A stretch of DNA of 64,000 nt from an uncultured Methanoregulaceae archaeon. GTDB taxonomy: Archaea; Halobacteriota; Methanomicrobia; Methanomicrobiales; Methanospirillaceae. Shown piece by piece: positions 59,323-64,000 of the stretch (the first letter of the stretch is position 1; every line of letters starts with the position of its first letter). The position numbers and the translations under genes are program-made. The notes under the pieces were generated by a model. That model was not told where the DNA came from and did no database searches. It saw nothing but the letters and a program-made list of their open reading frames with translations. The stretch covers positions 2,336,001 to 2,400,000 of the forward strand of contig OY969564.1 of NCBI GenBank assembly GCA_963701095.1. Reading direction: 5' to 3'.

Positions 59323-59928
59323 CTACTTGCGGATGCCGACAGTCACAAAAGACCTTCCCAGGAAGGATCGGCGTTGTGTTACGACATCCAGGCCAGCCTG
59401 TTCGAATATTTCATGGACTTCTTCAGGGTTTTTGAACGTTCCGTGGTGAATAAATTTCACGAGGAACCGGGGGACCATCATATCCGAGAGAATGAACCGG
59501 CCGCCCGGTCTCAAAATCCGCCGGATCTCACGGATTCCCTGAGCCTGGTCCTGCCAGTGATGAAACGAGGTGGTGCTAAACACGAGATCCACTGATGCAT
59601 CAGGAAGAGGAATCGATTCTGCCGGGCTCACGATAAACACAGTGTCCGGCATCAGGATCCGTGCCTTTTTCACCATGCCTTCCGCCGGATCGATGCCTGT
59701 CAGGCTCGCGTGAGGCCAGCGCTCCCGGGCTTTTCGCAGCAATCTCCCGGTCCCACAACCTACATCGACAATAGTAGCCGGGGTATACCCGGCATCAACC
59801 AGGTTGAGAACCCGTTTATGGATACGGTCGAAATACAGGTGCTGCATCCATGACTCGTCGTAGCTTTTAGACCAGTGGTTGAAATGCTCGACATCACTTG
59901 TGACTTTTATTTCCATCATTGCTATCAC
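59323..59928 (-). CDS. Class I SAM methyltransferase
   Basis: VDVGCGTG, SFHHW, RILRPGG. Confidence 0.92.
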   Translation of the reverse strand: MIAMMEIKVTSDVEHFNHWSKSYDESWMQHLYFDRIHKRVLNLVDAGYTPATIVDVGCGTGRLLRKARERWPHASLTGIDPAEGMVKKARILMPDTVFIVSPAESIPLPDASVDLVFSTTSFHHWQDQAQGIREIRRILRPGGRFILSDMMVPRFLVKFIHHGTFKNPEEVHEIFEQAGLDVVTQRRSFLGRSFVTVGIRK

Positions 59929-60006
59929 AAAACCTTTCTTTATTCACTAGGGTTTTTCCGCAAAACGATTCGAAGAGATGCCGTTCCTTTTTACAAAAAA
60001 AATATT

Positions 60007-60595
60007 CTAATGCCAGTACTCCCCGTGGTGGAGGAAACCGTGGACAAGGATCCCGACTCCGAGCAGTATGAGGAAGGCTGCACCGATATACGGCCAGAGA
60101 AGAACCGGGGCCCAGACGATCATGATACCAAAAACGATAAAGAAGATACCGATAAAAGCAAGGCCGAAGCCATGCTTGTGTGATGATGCCATTCTTTTCA
60201 GCTGCCACCTCGCTCATATCTTCATTGTATCCGTGTTCTTTCATCCAGGTTTTTACGTGGTCCGGTGAAACGGTATCATCATCCATACGCGAGGTGGCGT
60301 TCACGATCGCAGACACCAGGAATCCAAGACCAAGGCCTATTAACCCGGCCGCTACAATGTGGCCAATGAGCAAGCCGATACCAAGACCAATGAGGAGCCC
60401 GGCGGGGATTAAGGAATGCATACCTCGTCGTCTCCGGTGATAAGATCTCCACGATCTGGCATCCCCGCCACCTGGCGGCTCATTCTGAACCGGCGCCGGG
60501 GGGATGGTTGTGTTTGTCTGGACATTCTGGAACATCTGGACATTGGGACACCAGCCAAGCCAGGTATTAACCATTTCAGAGAATCGTGTCATCAT
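60007..60595 (-). CDS. DUF1673-like N-terminus membrane protein, frameshift near 60195
   Basis: WLGWCPN motif; TM segments continue in ORF 60007..60192. Confidence 0.7.
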
Positions 60596-61038
60596 ACGAT
60601 CGCCTTTACCTTAGCAAATAATTCCTCTGCCATTTTTGTCGGGTCAGCAGTCTTTTCGATTTTAATACCGAGTTCTGTAGCATAATCCCAAAGGAGCTCG
60701 ATGCATCCGGTATACCGTGTACAAGAGCCACAATCTCCGTCATGCTCATACCAGACCTGTATCCCGTGTTTTTCCGAAACAAAGATAATTGCCGGGGCCT
60801 GGAAAGGGATTGACCTCCCTAAAAGGACACCCCGTTCGGTGTTAATCGATTCAGGCTCGATCTGGTTTGCATGGGCCATCTCCCGCAAGGTCGATTCAAT
60901 TTTGCCATCCATGAGCTGGAGCGCCCGGGATACCGCCTGCCGGGAGATGCCCAGACTGTGCGCTATTGTGATATTTGGCACACCGTTGCGCCGCATCTTC
61001 CAGAACGCGAACTGCTTCTCGTTCGTTTGCAGAAGCAT
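60592..61038 (-). CDS. HTH DNA-binding protein with C-terminal Cys cluster
   Basis: IAHSLGISRQAVSRAL; WYEHDGDCGSC...C; ATGA overlap with downstream gene. Confidence 0.8.
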   Translation of the reverse strand: MLLQTNEKQFAFWKMRRNGVPNITIAHSLGISRQAVSRALQLMDGKIESTLREMAHANQIEPESINTERGVLLGRSIPFQAPAIIFVSEKHGIQVWYEHDGDCGSCTRYTGCIELLWDYATELGIKIEKTADPTKMAEELFAKVKAIV

Positions 61039-61109
61039 ATGTCAACGTTTGCATATTGACTATATATGTATTTGCGTGAGAAGAGGAATTTTATGGGAGA
61101 AAAATACAA

Positions 61110-61934
61110 TTACCGGTTTTTCAGTGCCGATAGATCGGGTTTCCTTCCGTGTTGTGCCATCATATCTCTTACCATAACGTCCGGGTGATGGTAGCGCCCA
61201 TGATCTTTTGATTTTTCCCCTAGTTGGATGGATTTTGTCGGGCAGAAGTTTATGCAGGCAAAACACATCTCACAGTTGTGATGCCAGACCGGTCGCTTTT
61301 TTTCTATCGTAATATTTCCTACCGGGCATACTTTCTCACAGGTTGTGCACCCGGTACAGCTGGTGAGGACGGTGAATTTTCGGTCCTCACTTGCGCTTAA
61401 CCAGGCAAAGACCGGGTGGGCAAACCGGAGGATCCCAACCTTTCGGTCGTTCTCTCTATCCCGAATCGTTTTACGTTCCCGGATCGCTGCTGCGATTGCC
61501 GTTACTTTCAGTGATGCGTTCCGGAACATGTCCTGCATTGCCGCGGTTTCCGGGCCTTCCGGGCCAAATACGTAGTTCTGGGGCATGAGGACACCAAACG
61601 CAGCATCAAGCGTTTTACGTTTTCGTTTCAGGATTTTTTCCAGTTCCCGGAATGCCCCGGAAATGCCGCTTTCCGCGAACGTGCAGGTACAGAAAAGGTA
61701 AGTAGCATCTGAAAGATCGACTTGTTTAGCGAACCGGGCCACTATTTTCGGAAGTCCCATGACGTATACCGGAAAGACAAAGCCAACTGCTCCAACAGGA
61801 GCCCGGACCGGCACATCGCCGTTCATTACTTTCGGGATTGGGACAAGATCGGTGTCTCCCAGATCCGCGGCAAGTTGTCGTGCTACGGCAAGTGAGTTTC
61901 CCGTTCCGGTGAAATAATAAATAGTGGTCGGCAT
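61110..61934 (-). CDS. EFR1-type flavodoxin-ferredoxin fusion
   Basis: YFTGTGNS; CTGCTTCEKVCP and CEMCFACINFCP. Confidence 0.92.
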   Translation of the reverse strand: MPTTIYYFTGTGNSLAVARQLAADLGDTDLVPIPKVMNGDVPVRAPVGAVGFVFPVYVMGLPKIVARFAKQVDLSDATYLFCTCTFAESGISGAFRELEKILKRKRKTLDAAFGVLMPQNYVFGPEGPETAAMQDMFRNASLKVTAIAAAIRERKTIRDRENDRKVGILRFAHPVFAWLSASEDRKFTVLTSCTGCTTCEKVCPVGNITIEKKRPVWHHNCEMCFACINFCPTKSIQLGEKSKDHGRYHHPDVMVRDMMAQHGRKPDLSALKNR

Positions 61935-62047
61935 TGACGGATCGCTTCTCGAAAGAAAAATAGAACGTAGGGGATTAATAAGGAAACCTGTGGCTCCTTT
62001 TTGTCTTCGCTCTGATCTGACTGAAAAAGGATGTTTTTCCCCGGTCT

Positions 62048-62647
62048 CTAGAACACCAGCTCATCTAGGGCGTACCGGATCTTAGGCTTTGATGTATCTG
62101 CCGCATAGCCGATCGGGCAGAGCATCACCGGGGTGAGGTTTATCGGAATCTTCAGGATCTGGGAATAAGCAGCCGGGTTAAATCCACCCATCGGGCAGGA
62201 ATCAAAGCCAAGCGATTTTGCACCGTTGAGGGCATTACCGAGCGCAAGATAGGTTTGTGCCTGTGACCAGGCTTTGCGCTGCTCCAGAGACATCCCGGCA
62301 ACAAAACCGGTCGCCATTTCGGTTATCATCGTTACCATATCCATCGGCACGTGGTTCTTTTTCATGAGGTCACCAAGCCGTTTGATCAGGCTTTCATAAT
62401 CTGCGTCCGCACAGAAAACCAGCAGATGCGAACAGGTTGTTATCTGCTCCTGGTCGTTTGAGGCTTGACGCAGCGATTCTTTGGTTTTTTTATCGGTGAC
62501 AATCTTGATCTTCCAAGGCTGGAGGTTCAGGGCAGATGGTGCATACCGCACCAGCTCCAGTAATTCATTCACTTTCGCATCAGGGATTGTCCGGCCGTCA
62601 AATTTCTTGGTCGCGTACCGTTGCATAACGCATTCTTTAAACTGCAT
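62048..62647 (-). CDS. Nitroreductase
   Basis: RYATKKFD, APSALNLQPW, DSCPMGGF. Confidence 0.93.
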   Translation of the reverse strand: MQFKECVMQRYATKKFDGRTIPDAKVNELLELVRYAPSALNLQPWKIKIVTDKKTKESLRQASNDQEQITTCSHLLVFCADADYESLIKRLGDLMKKNHVPMDMVTMITEMATGFVAGMSLEQRKAWSQAQTYLALGNALNGAKSLGFDSCPMGGFNPAAYSQILKIPINLTPVMLCPIGYAADTSKPKIRYALDELVF

Positions 62648-62823
62648 TCTTTTCACCAGATGCGATCATCAGCTCCCTCACGTAAAGGGTTTGTTATGAG
62701 GCCAACTTTTTTCAGCTAGGTTTATGGCGAAAGTCAATATGATCGCACTGGCAATCTGTCCTAAGTGTAACTGTAATTTCACCGTCCGGTTTATGAAAGA
62801 CCAGGGCGTGAGGAGATGAAGCA

Positions 62824-64000
62824 ATGAGCGATAGTGTAAAAAAAGTATCGGTGGTCCGGTGCGATGACTATGACCGTGAGAAAACATGTGCTGCTGTCCT
62901 GCGAGCAATTGACCTTGTCGGGGGTTTGGGCACATTTGTCCAGCCGGAGCAGAAGGTTTTCGTGAAGTTTAACCTCTTGCAGGGATCGATGCCTGAAACG
63001 TGCGTGACCACGAACCCGGAAGTTGTGTATGCCGTGGCAAAGCTTCTGAGAGACTATGGCTGTGAGGTGCTCCTGGGAGACAGCCCGGCTCCGGATCACG
63101 CTATACTGAAAACAATCTCCGGAAAGCGTACGCGGTGTGCGGGTATGATAAAATCGCACAAGATCTCGGGATCGCCCTGAATTATGACGTAGGATTCCAG
63201 GAAGTTTCTGCCCCCGAGAGCCGTACAATCAAACGGTTTCCGATCATCAATCCTGCGCTGGACTGCGATGCCGTGGTCGTTGTCTCCAAGGCAAAGACCC
63301 ATATGCTGACGTACCTTTCCGGCGGGGCGAAAAACATATTTGGTGTCATTCCAGGTCTCGATAAACCGACATATCATGCGAGACTGCCGGATCCTGCCGC
63401 GTTCGGGCGCATGATAGTCGATATTAACGATGTGGTCAAGCCAAAACTGCAGGTTATGGATGCGGTTATGGGTATGGAAGGAGAAGGCCCCCATGCCGGA
63501 ACCCCCCGGAAGATCGGAGCCGTCCTGGCCTCCGGAGACTACAGTGCCATTGACGTCGCCACCTCTCGGCTTATGGCCATTGATCCTCTCCGTGTGCCAA
63601 CTATCACCGCCGCTATCGAACGAGGATACCTGAAGGAGGATTTCAGCGATATCTCCCTCGTTGGCGATAACCTGTCGGATTTCATTGTAAAGGGATACCG
63701 GGGGCCATCTACTTTCCTTGGAGAAGACAGTACCCAAGGTAAATCCCACTTTCTCTTACGGCTCGTCTTTAAACTGGTCAACGAGTACCCGCCCCGCCGG
63801 TGATTCATGCCGATCACTGCATAAGCTGCATGAAATGCGTCCGGAGCTGCCCGGTGAAAACGATAGGAGTTGTCGACAATAAGCCACGGATTGGTTATAA
63901 GAACTGCATCAAATGCTACTGCTGCCATGAGATGTGTGATAGTCATGCGATAACCCTTGAAAGAAGCCTTACCGGCAAGGTGCTTGCAGGATTGATTACC
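62824..64000 (+). CDS. DUF362 domain protein with C-terminal 2x[4Fe-4S], frameshifted, runs off window end
   Basis: VKFNLL, TTNPE, KAKTH, GMEGEGP; tail CISCMKCVRSCP and CIKCYCCHEMC. Confidence 0.88.

Overview
Chromosomal window of an archaeon, most likely a Methanomicrobiales (Methanoregula-like) methanogen. This is inferred from the MTH865-, DUF4013- and DUF1673-type proteins, GGAGGTG(A) Shine-Dalgarno sites and abundant CCGG. Most of it is ordinary accessory content: transporters, oxidoreductases, methyltransferases and secreted/membrane proteins. The striking part is a ~17 kb island (~6.4-23.7 kb) bracketed by oppositely oriented copies of a ~40 bp hairpin repeat. It holds: (i) a serially repeated [promoter - HNH nuclease - HIT hydrolase - hairpin repeat] module in three states of decay, with a different passenger gene on the opposite strand in each gap (truncated zinc peptidase, Fic); (ii) a Dcm / MORC-like GHKL ATPase / Z1 / DUF4420 / AIPR / Vsr cluster of the mza/MORC-RM type; (iii) an orphan terminase pair whose large subunit appears to carry a second, degenerate RNase H-like domain, with no portal, capsid or integrase nearby. 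Elsewhere are a GNAT toxin-antitoxin-like pair, an MNT-HEPN relic, a dynamin-like GTPase, a membrane-anchored Schlafen/AlbA_2 protein, a CLC gene flanked by a 183 bp direct repeat, and several unlisted small ORFs. Many frameshifts are single-base losses in homopolymers and are probably long-read assembly errors. No rRNA, tRNA, CRISPR array or transposase was recognised. All family calls come from reading motifs by eye; no searches were run.
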